From: Selaginella moellendorffii
Lineage: Eukaryota > Plantae > Lycopodiophyta
Direction of reading: 5' to 3'
DNA length: 64,000 bases
Assembly: GCF_000143415.4 (NCBI RefSeq)
Contig: NW_003314309.1
Span: 1 to 64,000 of the forward strand
Position numbers and translations under genes: made by a program. Positions 35,787 to 47,931 of the stretch are shown here, piece after piece. Numbering within the stretch: position 1 is the stretch's first letter; every line of letters starts with the position of its first letter. Under the pieces are notes generated by a model. That model saw only the letters and a list, made by a program, of their open reading frames with translations. It was not told where the DNA came from and did not search any database.

Positions 35787-38700
35787 TGTGAGTACTTGGA
35801 ATATGGAAAGGGAATATAGAAAATGTGCATCTTAATTAGCCCAAATACCCTAGCTTATATACAAGAGTGAGTGGTCTAGATTGAAATCAATCCGACGGCT
35901 ACTAAAATCCTACTACGTTAATATTAGTATACAGCATCGTAGCCATACACTTGGCCCTCACATCATCCCCTCTTCTCGGAATAATGGAAGACCATCAGGG
36001 TTCTCTTGTAGACGGGCCGGGATTGGGAGGAACGTTAGAAGGAGGCATACTTGCCGTAACACTCGATATGGTCCTTTCCACTGCGCAAGAAGCCCCTTAG
36101 ATAAACCACATACTGTAAAATGGGGAAAACAGACTAACACCAAATCATCCACTTTGTACTCTGCAAGTGGACGATGATGGGAGTTGTAGTGCCATTGTTG
36201 TCCCATTTGTACATGGCCTAAGTGTGTGGCAAACTTAGCTTGGACAAGTGGAAGAATGCTCGTTAAATACTGATCCCACGATCAAGCATCGGCAGCTCGT
36301 GGCAAGGTAAACCCAGCTCCATTGGTAATATTGGATCATGACCATATAAAAGTTTATATGGTGAAGCACCAATAAAACTCTGCACCCTTGTGACATATGC
36401 ATACCGAAGAGATGGCAAATAACCATCCCAATCCGAATGCTGAAAGTTCATATACTTCGTAATCATCCTTTTGAATGTCTGAACGAGCCATTCCACCAGA
36501 CTGTCTAATTGTGGATGATAAGCACTTGTGAAAGTGTGGTGTATCCCCAACCGAGACATCAAAACATGAAATGCCTCAGCCACAAATGTGGGACTATTAT
36601 CCGAAAGAATTTGTTTTGGACAAGAATGCTGGAACACCACTCGATTGAGGAGGAAGTATCCAACAGCAGTTGCAAAGGTGCTAGCAAGAGCACCAACTTC
36701 CACCTAACGAGTCAAGTAGTCAGAAGCAATAATAACATACTCATTGCTAACAATCAACTGTGGAAAGGTCCCATAAGATCAAATGCTACCAACTCAAATG
36801 GACGAGAAATTATAATTGACTCCAACCGTCCTTCCGCAACACGAGGAGGAGTATTACGAGCTTGGCACCAAATGCAGCTATGCACATATCGAATAATATC
36901 ATGTCGCATCTCCGGCCAATAGAAAGACCTGTGCAACTTCTTGGTTACACGACAATGTCCCATATGCCCACCTAGAATAGGAGAATCATGGTAGGCATGG
37001 AAAAACTGCGAAATAAAGACAGAAGACACCACCAGCCGTAAATGATTATCAGGATCCGTCCCCACAAAATAAAGAAGGCCGTCTCTTCAAGGCGATATTG
37101 AGAATGTAAATGCCAGAAAGGCAAATCATTAGCAAGTGATGCAGGATTCTCAAACCCATCTCGAATCTTTCGAATCCATGGCTCAATCTTTTGAGCATTG
37201 TAAACCTCATCAAGAGAAAGTAAATCTTGCTTTGTGCCTTGTAGACATTGAACGTCAAGTACAGCAACTACCGATGGCAATGAATCCTTGTCTAGAAAAT
37301 CCACAGATGTAGGAACAATAGGTTCATCAAAAATATGAGAAGAGAGTGGAAAAGGAAGAGGAGCTCGAGAAAAGATATCAGCATCAGCCATAGAACTCCC
37401 TGGGCGATGAATAACATCAAAATCAGTTATTTGAAGCTTCAAAGCCCATCGAGCAATACAACCAACCAGGTTCTTCCACTTCAATAATGAAGTAATAGTA
37501 GCATGGTCACCTTCAAGTAATGTCCGAGAACCATGTAGATATGCATGAAGTTTCTTGAAACCCCAGACTACTGCTAAATACTCCTTCTTTGTTGTGGAGT
37601 AGTTTATCTCCGCTGGTTGTAATGTACGGCTTATATATGCTATGGGATGGTGCTGACTAGGCACATTCGATCTCTCTTGCATCAACACACCTCCAAGACC
37701 AATGTCAAAAGCATCCACATACAAAATAAAAGGTTGAGTGTAGTTAGGATATGCCAAAACCGGAAGAGTTGTTAATATGTCTTTGAGATCCACGAACACC
37801 CACTCACAATCCAGAGACCAGATGAAAGATGACGCTGATGACTTCAGCAACACTCGCAACAGTGCAGTGCAATTAGAAAAATGATCCACAAAACGACCAA
37901 GATACTGCACCTTGCTCAAGAAGCACTACACATCATTCACACACTTCGGAGTAAGGAACTTTAGAACAGCCACAAGTTTGTAAGGATCAACTTGCAAACC
38001 CTCACGAAAAACACGGTACCCAAGATAAATTGTGTTTTTGGACCCAAACACGCACTTCGACTGCTTTAGCTTTAAACCAACATCATGTAGCCGATCCAAC
38101 ACTTTACAAACATCATGAATGTGCTCCTCCCACGTCTCCTCCAAGTGGATCAAGACATCATCAATGAAGTCAGTAGTCACCTCTGGCATATCGCAAAGAA
38201 CCTTGTCCGTTATCCGCTGAAAAGTTACTGAAGCATTGTTCAAACCAAATAGCATCACCAAGAACTTGTACAAACCAAATAGTATACAAAAAGTAGTCTT
38301 AGGAATATCTTCTTCGGCCATCGGTACTTGCCAGTACCTAGAAGTAAGATCTAGGTTGTTGAATCAACGACTTTGCCCCAAGCAATCCAAGAGATCAATA
38401 GTGTGATGAAGAGGGTAAACATCTGGGATCATCACTTTGTTTAACAAACAATAGTCGATGCAGAAACAAATACTCCCATTAGGCTTCATCACAAGATGAG
38501 GTTCATATGCCCAAGGACTCCACGACTTCCGAATAACACCCTTTTCCAACATCTCTTTGACGTTTGCACATAAAATTTTGATCTCCTTGAGTGACTGACA
38601 ACGAATAAAAACCTTGATTCAATGAGCATCCTCGGTTGGAATCGAATGACATGTGGCAATCTTAGCCTTAGATGATAGGTCAAATTCAAAGAGATCAGAA

Positions 38701-40654
38701 TACTCCTTTATGAGCTGGTCAACTACTGCAACACAAAAATTGTCAAAGGGATTGGAAAAGGGAAGAGCAGAATAAGACAAAAACATAAGAGGAAATAGTG
38801 GGGGAACAAAAGTAATGGAAGTAGAGGTAAAAGTAGAGAGACAAAGAGGTATGGAAGTGAGAGGAATGGATGAAACATAAGGAAGTATGAGACAAGGGGG
38901 AGAAGCTTCAAAGTCACACTTAGCATGATTGCGTTGTAACCAATCCATACTAAGAATGAGGTCAAAAGCTTGACTCGGCACCACCCGCAATGACTGCAAC
39001 TCAAGCTCAAGATCGCCCACATACACAACTAGGTCTGCCTCATCCCATGCACATACATGTGTACGGCTATTGCCATAAAGAATGAAAACTGGTTCCACCG
39101 CACGATGCAAGTGTAGACGGCAACGTGTGGCAATAGGTCGAACAATAGAAGATAAACTTGAACCTGTATCAACCAACACAGAGAGAATAATAGGAGACCT
39201 CTTGTTATAAAAATGAGTTTGGAAAGCATACACTGGATGAACCGATGCCAAGTGAACCCCTTGATAATACTCTCGAAAGAAAGATGGAGGGGTCACTAAC
39301 TTATTTGTGCAAGGTCCTTTGTTACTTGTGTGACTCCTCATTTCCCGAATGCATCTTGGTGTCCAAACCTTCCACTACAGTAGCACCAATAGGATGTTGC
39401 TGACACCAAGGTCTCCACCCAGGAAATGGAGGTCGCTAATCCGGAAAATGTTGACAACGCTGATAAGTATGACCAACTTCATCACACGCCCAGCAGCGAA
39501 CATCACGGCCACAACTACGTCCTCGCCCTTGTCCTTGGATTCGAGTAGCAGTAGCATCAACCTCCATTGGAATATAACCATCACCCATAGGAAGTGGAGC
39601 TGAAAGATGTGTAACGAGAAGTGGAAGAGGCGACATCTTATAACATTGTGCCAAGCGGAGAGCATCATCAAGGGTGGTAGGAGCAAGTGCATGCACAATT
39701 CTGACAAGATCTTGACAAAGTGCTGGCCATAACATTCCTAGTTTGATCCGCTCCGACATATTTGGCTCCACACGAAGCAAAAGACTTCGGAAACAAATGC
39801 CAAATTGCATCACTGACTCAGATGGCCTTTGGCGAAGATGATGCAATTGTTGGAAGGCATCATCACAGTCGTCGGCATGTCCGAAGGTGCATTTGAAGAT
39901 GTCCAGGAGAACACTCCAATCCCCACGAGTGGCTTCGCTCAAACCATTGTACCACTATAATGCTATCCCTTGAAACACATGGGAACTCACGCAAATGTTA
40001 AGCATCATCCTAAGAATGATATGTGGCAATCACCGTGAAGTGATCGAACCAAAGGTACATATCATCCCCAGGATTTCTGCGAAAGAACTCCGGCCGAACA
40101 TGAGGATTGGCACCAAGAGCAGGAGGAGTTGTACCATGTGTCGTGAATGCCGCCATCAACAGAGTTTCGTTGTTTAATTGCAAATACATAGCATTAAGCA
40201 ATTGTACCAATTGCTGCTCCAGAGTCAAAAGAGGAGATTGTTGATCTACCATGAAGATGAATGAAAAAGAAATAGCAAAAGAAGAGAAATGATAAAAAGC
40301 TAGAATGAAATGGTAGATCTAGACAATGCAAAAAGCTAAATCTAAACTAAAATCATGAAAGGAAAGAATAAAAGAAAGGAAATGGAAAAAGCTAGATCTA
40401 GACGATGCAAAAGCTAAATCTAAACCAAAATCCTAAATCCAAGCACTCCTTAGGGATAATCAAAGTTGCCCCTCATCTCCACCAATGTGAGTGCTTGGAA
40501 TATGAAAAGGGAATACAAAAATTGTGCATATCAATTAGCCCAAAAACCATATACAGAAGCGAGTGGTTCGGATTGAAACTAATCCAACAACTACCAAAAT
40601 CCCATTATGCTAATATTAGTATATGGCATCATAGCCATACACTTGGCCCTCACA
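35787..40654 (-). mobile_element. Full-length degenerate Ty3/gypsy retrotransposon with short LTRs and no chromodomain
   Basis: LTRs 35787-35962 and 40486-40654 (TGTGA..TCACA), PPT, gag CWACDEVGHTYQRC, protease VDTGS, RT FIDD, RNase H YVDAF, integrase HHCC/DLMGP/YHPQ/GPY in PR-RT-RH-IN order; stops and frameshifts. Confidence 0.93.
40469..40484 (-). promoter_or_regulatory. Primer-binding site complementary to tRNA-Ala 3' end
   Basis: TGGTGGAGATGAGGGG beside the 5' LTR; 15/16 match to recalled plant tRNA-Ala 3' end CCCCGCATCTCCACCA. Confidence 0.75.
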
Positions 40655-41049
40655 TATTGTAACTAAAAGAACAAACACAAAGAATACTTGTCTAAAAAAT
40701 AAACCTATTCTTTACTTTTGTCTTTAAGTAATAGCTTCTAAAGTGAAACTTTGAGGAGTAGTGACTATGATGTTGTATAGCCTCCTAGATATCAAGAACA
40801 TTTAAGATCCTATACTATTTTATTGCAGGTGCCATAGCATAAGAAAGAATAGGGGGTGAGAGAGCACAAGATAAGGACATGAATCTGTAGAAAGATGCTT
40901 GTTGAGAGCTCTCACCACCTTTCTGAATTATTAAAAATAGCAGATTAAGATTCTTCTACCTAATCAGACATCCATTACAAACCATGGTCAGCACTCAAAC
41001 TCAGAGTGTATGGAGTGAATATACTTGATGGGCCTCCCTAATCACGTGA

Positions 41050-42010
41050 ATGGCAAGGTCCATGCTCGTGATCAACTCTAGCAGCTCATCGATCAAGTGA
41101 GTAAAGATTTTTGTGAAGAAAGAGTTCCTCTAGAGGGTCAATGTATTGTAGGTATGCCCTGTATCATTTGGGAAGAGTGGCTTCTTGCATTTTCCAGGGC
41201 AGTGTGGAAGGCATTGGAACTTCCAAGAGCTCCATCTCCCACAAGAGCATCTCCACTACCCAAGATCTAAAAATCATGGTATTTATGTTCCAGCAATTTT
41301 AAAGCCTTTGTACATGGATAGCTGGGTTGCTAATAGTTTTTGGTTTTCTTCCAGGGAAAATGTATTGGAGACCACGAAGCTGGTCTCAAGAAAGTGATGG
41401 ATTTGCTCCAGCAGCCACAAAATGTTTGCACTGTTGGGCACCAAGTCGTTCACGGCAATGAGCAATTTAGCAAACCAACGCATATAACTCAAGAGGCGAA
41501 GAAAGCAATTGAGAGGGCTATTCCTCTAGCTCCACTTCACAATCCAGCAAACTTGGAGGTAACAGATCTTTACTTTCTTTTTCCAAAAAGAAAAATCCAT
41601 TTATTTGTCCCATTTTTTCTCCAACCTTTCTCTTAAAATGATCACAAAAACTTTCCAGGGAATTCAAATTGCTGAGGAGCTCTTCCACTGCCCCCACATA
41701 GCCGTCTTTGACACAGCCTTCCACTCCACCATCCCCCAGCTATCATACATGTACAGAATCCCCTAGAAGCTGTACAAAGAGCTGGGTGTGCGGTGCTATG
41801 GCTTCCACAGGACGAGCTACCAGTTTCTTCTTGGCGAGGCCTCCTGCGCTCTTGGAAGGCCAGTGCTGGAACTTAATCTCATTGCCTTCCATCTCGGCAT
41901 TGGAGCGAGAGTGTGTGTGATCAAATATGTGGAATTGATCAATACAAGCATGGGAATGACTCCACTCGAAGGTTTAGTGATGGCTACTCGGAGTGGTGGT
42001 GTTGATCTTT
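41050..42010 (+). pseudogene. ackA: Acetate kinase pseudogene, N-terminal half with introns
   Basis: LVINSSSSSIK, VGHQVVHG, LAPLHNPANL, AVFDTAFH, YGFHRTSY, HLGIGA, TSMGMTPLEGLVMATRSG. GT-AG introns, internal stop near 41764, truncated by retroelement sequence. Confidence 0.88.
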
Positions 42011-42553
42011 TAGAGACTTAATTATTAGTGAATAAAGCTTATATTAAAACACAAAATTATTCTAAATAAGTTATCATCCGATAAATCAATAGTAGAGTAC
42101 ATGAACCACTAAGATCAGCATATTTGGAAAACATAGGATTCACTATCCAACAAAATTCAATAGCCAGTGTATCATTAAGGAAACTTAATGATAAAACTTA
42201 ACTACTAAAGATTGTAGATAGCATGTCAAACAACTTACAAAAGATAACTTAAAGAACACAAAGTATCATTAACTAGCAAGTAAGATGCTCGTGAATGTAC
42301 CACTTAAAGGAAATAACATCCAATCTATTGAATGTATCACCTAATGCCAATCATTGCACTAGCCATTCTGAATAAATCCCAGTCAACAATATGAAGGAAC
42401 TCAAGTTGCTTAAACAAGTGTTAGCAACATCCTATCAATGTCTCAAACCCGAAAGACCAATCCAAAGCAAACCATAAAAACATGTGGTATTGTGAAAAGC
42501 CATAAGCCATTAAAGCAAACAACTAACTATCACAAAAGATCATCAATCATCCT

Positions 42554-45500
42554 ATGCCATCCGCCTCTATCCTTCACTATAGCTAAGGAAAAAGCTCCAA
42601 TACTAAATTGTAAGCCATACATTTTTCCTTTCCAATTTGCCAGCTTACCTCGTCTATCTGACCAACACTGCCTTGGCTTTTACCAAATTCCCTCACCAAG
42701 GTTCCTGCCTATGGTACCAACTCCTACTTGGTCCTACTTGGTTTCAGCTACTCACTGCATGAGCAATAGAGCGTTAACCATCCATTCATGGATTCCCAAA
42801 TCTCTCCCAATCCCCCTCCCCGGGTTAGACTGGACTTAAGGTTCGGCTACACTCCCTATAGGCACAAACAGCCAAACACACCAAGCCTCCAAGTTCCTAA
42901 CATCCCTTGGTACCATAAGACTTGATCATGGGACCCTTTAAATCCCAAGTCTTGAGTGCAACACATGCTTTAGGACGCCGGGGTGAAACACGATGGCCTA
43001 ACGGCCTTTCCCCCCCCCCCTCCCAAAGGAAAGGCCCAAGCCCTTGGGAAGGGTGAGGACCAATAAGCTGCAAGGTACTCAAGTGGGGCACCACTCCACA
43101 TGAGTCGAGAGCACTACAATCGGTTTCCCTTTCGGGAGTGGGAGCTGTTTTTGAGCACTTCCTTGGGTGGCCCCTCTAGCACCATCCGAGTCCATGCTCA
43201 CTCCCACCCAAGGCCCCTCGGCCCTGGTCTCAACCTCAAGTCAGTTTGAAAGCACCACTGAAGAGTTCCTTCAAGACTAGTTCTTGGACCTCACTATCCT
43301 TACTATACAAACATCTCTTTTTATCCTATGACTTGTTGACTATGTCTCCAGGGGCATCCCCCAACTTAGCAGTGTGCCTAAGTTAGCCTCCTTGGCCAAG
43401 AGTCCATGACAACGGAATATAGGTGTCCTTATACCCCTCACCTCACCACGCTCTAGTATAGGGTTGGGACTTGAACCTAGCCTTGCTTTATTAGGGGGTT
43501 GGGACTCGAACCCAACCTCTGTAGAATATGTCTACGGATTTGACATCCCCGCAAGGAGTCGGGTATAGTTTCCTACACTTGGTTGACCTAGCTAGCCCAT
43601 GCTAATTACCTTACCTTTGGCGTGCCTTCGGGTCCTAACATATGCCATTGCTCAACTTCACAAATTGATACTTTAATTGAACTTTGCATAAGTACATAGA
43701 GTTCTGTCTTGTAGAAATTCCTCCACTAAATCTCACTCATTCGCTAGGTTCTCCTTTGGTTCCCATGTTTCTTCGCAGTGTGGAAATCCTTTCCACTTCA
43801 CATGGAACTCTCTCACCTTGCGTCCTTGTCACTTGCTCTTGTGTGCATTGATGATGGCCTCGACTTCATATTCCTCCTCCCCTTGGATAACCTCAGATAA
43901 AGGTCTTACTTGGTCCTTGTGAAACGGATCTTCAAAGTACGGCTTGAGTAAGTTCACATAGAACACTAGGTGCATCTTCCCCATCTCTCGAGGAAGTCAG
44001 AGACGGTAAACCACTTTACCGATTCATGCCTCAATCTCTTAAAGCCCAGCAAACCTGCTTAAGGAACTCAAGATCAATTCAATTCTAGGAATACATGCAT
44101 TTTTACCTTTGGGTCAACTTCCAGCTGATCCCACTTGGCAGCCTGAGGTTCTTGGTGTTCAGCCACACCTTCTTCCCAACTTGGAACTCTACATTCCGAC
44201 GCTTCTGGTTCGCATATTTGGTTTGCCTTTGTTAAGCCCGTTCCAAGAAATCCCTCACTAGAATCCAAATGTTGAGTCTTTCCGCCATGAATGCTTCCAC
44301 TGCGGGTAACTCTCTATGGTACTCGGCCATGCCAAGCTCCACAGGACCTTCAATAGCTCGCCCATTGATGACTTCCCATGGACTCACCCCGATACTCGAA
44401 TGTGGTGAGTTGTTATAACATATTTCTGCAAGTCCCAAATGACTTACCCAATCGGTCTGGTCTCCTGAGACATAGCATTGCAAATAATCCTCCAGTTGCC
44501 TATTCACCCTTTCTGTTTGTCCATCTGTCAAGAAGTGTTAGTGCCATCAAACTTGACTTAATACCCAATACTTATCTATGGGTGATAAGCTGTGCTGAAT
44601 TTCAACTTGGTGCGATACTATTCTAGAAGAGTTCTCCAGAACCTAATAGTGAAGATCTTATCTCAATCTAAGATGATCTCTTCCGGCCTTCCCTGCACTC
44701 GAACCATTTGTTCGAAGAACAACTTCGCTACACCTTCCGCATCCACTTCCGTTGTGGTGGGTATGAAATGTGCCATCTTCAAAAATTGGTTGGTGCTTGA
44801 GCTCCTCAAGTTCTTTTTGGTTCAAACGATAGGGGGGACGAACCACCACCTTAACACCCTCGACCAGCTCAATCTTATGTTTTATCGGTCGTGCCGGGGG
44901 CAACCCCGCCGGTAGCTCCTCCGGCATGGTATCCTGGAATTGGTCCAACACCTGCTAGATCACTAAAGGTACTTCTTCCATTCCCGTCTCTTTGTCACTC
45001 TTCATGGAGAGTAAGCACGGAAATGCTGCCTTGGTTCCTTTAGTGAGTTGTCTTCTCATGGACACTAGGTTTAGGCAGGAATCTTTGGCTTTGCATTGCC
45101 CTACCTTTAGATCCTGGGCCTCCACCCTGGATTTTCTTCCTTGAGCATTCGCTAGTACCACAAGGTTCCTACTTTGTCCATGCAAGGCTACCATGAACCG
45201 ATTGAACCAATCCATCCCGAAGATCACGTCAAATTCTGCCATGTCCAACACGATGAAATCCATGTCTACTTTCCATGTCCCTATTTTGACTCTCGCTTGT
45301 CGAAGTACCTCATCGGTGCTTTGGCTACTTTGAACAAACTCTATAGTCCTTGGTTCATCCAGCCGCTGCACCGTTAGTCCGACTTGCCAGACTATGTCTG
45401 TAGCCACAAAATTATCCAAAGCACCTGTGTCAATAAGGATCTTAACAAAACTACCTCCGAGCTTCCTTCGGAGGGTTAGTAGATGTTGCGAACGACTCTC

Positions 45501-47931
45501 TACCAAAGTTGCTGGGGTAATGAGTAATTTTGAGCTAGGGACTAGATCACATACCTCAGTTTGGATTTCATCCAACTTAATGGCCATATTGGCTCTAGCC
45601 TTCTTCGGGTAGGGACATTCCCTCGAAAAATGTCCCACTTCACCGCAATTATAGTATACGTTGTTTCCCACGTTACTAACTGACTTGACCTTCTTATCCG
45701 TGGGTTTGTCTTTTTTTGCTTGACTCCCCCACGTACTTGCTCACTAGCCACCGGATTTGCCTTTCCGGAACCCCGAGGACTCATTCTTAGAGAAACTCTT
45801 CTTGAATTTCCCTTTGTTATACGTTCCCCTTGGTTTGGCCCCTTTGTTAAATGTGGACCCCAACCTTGTCGTTCCCCTTTCGTAGGTTATCGTTGAAATG
45901 CACCTTGATGGCTGCATCCAACACTTCCTTGTAGTTGGTCGTGTTCTAACGCATTACCTCATTGCGAGCCTAGGTTTGCAAGCTTGATATGAAGGCATGG
46001 AACGCATCCATATCCCCCATGTCCGTGACAAGTATCCTCTTTGCCATAAACCCATTCACATACTTCTGAATGGTTCCAGTCTACTTTAGCCTACTAAGCT
46101 CGTCTTTTAGATGTAGAGTAGCATTTGGAGGAACGTAAGTCATGCGGATCCTTGCCTTCATCATTTCCCAAGTGGCCACTGGTCCTTCGTTGGCCTCTAT
46201 CATTCTTCACCAAGACTTGGCATTATCTGCTAAGTATGGTTTTGCACATGGGACCTTCTCCAAGCTTGGTAACCGCAACACTTGAAAATAGTCCTCCATA
46301 TTGTAAAACCACTCCTCCACCACTTTATAGTCATTCACTCCCTTGAAGATCGGTGGGGGCTTTGGTTTGTACTTGGGATTGATTCCACTTTGGTCTATTC
46401 GACCTTGTTTGGTTTTGCCTCAGTCCCTGCCAAAGGGTTCACACCTTCTGCACTGCCAGCATCCGCAGTCTTTTGCCTTTTCTTCCGCTTCTTATCACGC
46501 TTTAGCTTGCGTCCAAGAGTCTCCAGCAGGGTATTGGTCTGTGCCAATTGTCCTTCTAGAATGTCCAATTGAGCCTTGGACGACCAAACCTTACTACCGG
46601 ACTCTTGTTTGGAAGTTTCCTCATTGGAGTCCTCCTCATGCAAGGATTCCTCATCCATAGCCTTTTGTTCGACTGGAGGCTCCAGCTCTGGAGGAGGTTC
46701 CATCTCCGCCTTGGTTTGTTTCCACCCTGCCTTTGCCATCTCCCAGCAATCTGCCTCTATCCTTCGCTAGAACTGAGGAAAAGTCTCCAATACCAAATTG
46801 TAAGCCACAAATTTTTCCTTTCTAATTTGCCAGCTTACCTCGTCTATCCAACCAACACTGCCTTGGCTTTTGTTAAGTTCCCTCGCCAAGGTTCCCGCCT
46901 ATGGTACCAACTCCTACTTGGTCCTATTTGGTTTTAACTACTCACTACATGAGTAACAGAGCATTAGCCATCCATTCATGGATTCCCAAATCTCTCCCAA
47001 TCCCCCTCCCCGGGTTAGATTGGACTTAAGGTTCAGCTACACTCCCCACAAGCACAAGCAGCCAAGCACACCAAGCCTGCAGGTTCCTAACATCCCTTGG
47101 TACCACAATACTTGATCATGGGACCCTCTAAATCCCAAGTCTTGAATGCAACACATGTTTCGGGATGCTAGGGCGAAACACCGTGGCCTAACGGCCCAGT
47201 ATGGGTACCTCTATCCCCCCACTTCCATCCCAAAGGGAAGGCCCAAGCCTCTGGGAAGGGCGAGGACCAATGAGCCGCAAGGTACTCAAATGGGGCACCA
47301 CTCCATATGAGTTGAGAGCACCACAGTCGGTTTCCCTTTCGGGAGTGGGAGCTGCTCTTGAGCACTTCCTTGGGTGGCCCCTCTGGCACCACCCAAGTCC
47401 ATGTTCACTCCCACCCAAGGCCCCTCAACCCCAGTCTCAACCTTAAGTCAATTTGGAAACACCATTGAAGAGTTCCTTCAAGACTGGTTCCTGGACCTCA
47501 CTATCCCTATTATACTTTTGGAACCCCTGCAGCCCCCCCCCGCCCCCCCCCCCCCCCCTCCCCCCCTGGGAGATGCACGCTTTGGGCTTTCACCCCTTGA
47601 CCTGTATTAGTATTTGGACTCGGTCTCGAACTTGATCTTGGACTTGATCTCGGACCCGACTTTGGACTTGGTCTTGGACTCGATCTCAGACCCAATCTCG
47701 GACTCGACCTCGGACTCGGTCTCAGAACCGATCTCGGATCTTGGACTTTATCTCAAACTCGGTCTCCGAGTCGGCCTCGGACTCGAGCCCAGACTCTATC
47801 TCGAACTTGGTTTTAAAGTCGGTCTTAGACTCGATCTCAGACTCAGTCCCATCCGATGAACTCTTTGTCATTTCAGTCATGCTTTTGGGGATCCTTTAGC
47901 CTACGACACCTCGGGGAGTTGGTTCCTTACA
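42554..47931 (-). mobile_element. Chromoviral Ty3/gypsy element with RT/RNase H deleted
   Basis: 5' LTR 46799-47931 (TG..CA), partial LTR 42609-~43310, gag knuckle NCGEVGHFSREC, protease LIDTGA, RPPYRL joined directly to integrase core, TDGQTERVN, chromodomain EYEVEAII..VKWKGF..TWEP at ~43740-43880. Confidence 0.9.
47615..47850. repeat. Degenerate 12-bp tandem repeat (GGACTCGGTCTC-like) inside the chromovirus LTR
   Basis: Recurring ggactcggtctc / ggacttgatctc / agactcgatctc units. Confidence 0.8.

Noticed and set aside
41050-42010. Bacterial contamination or recent horizontal transfer of ackA
   Set aside because: Spliceosomal-type introns and flanking plant retroelements indicate a resident nuclear sequence.
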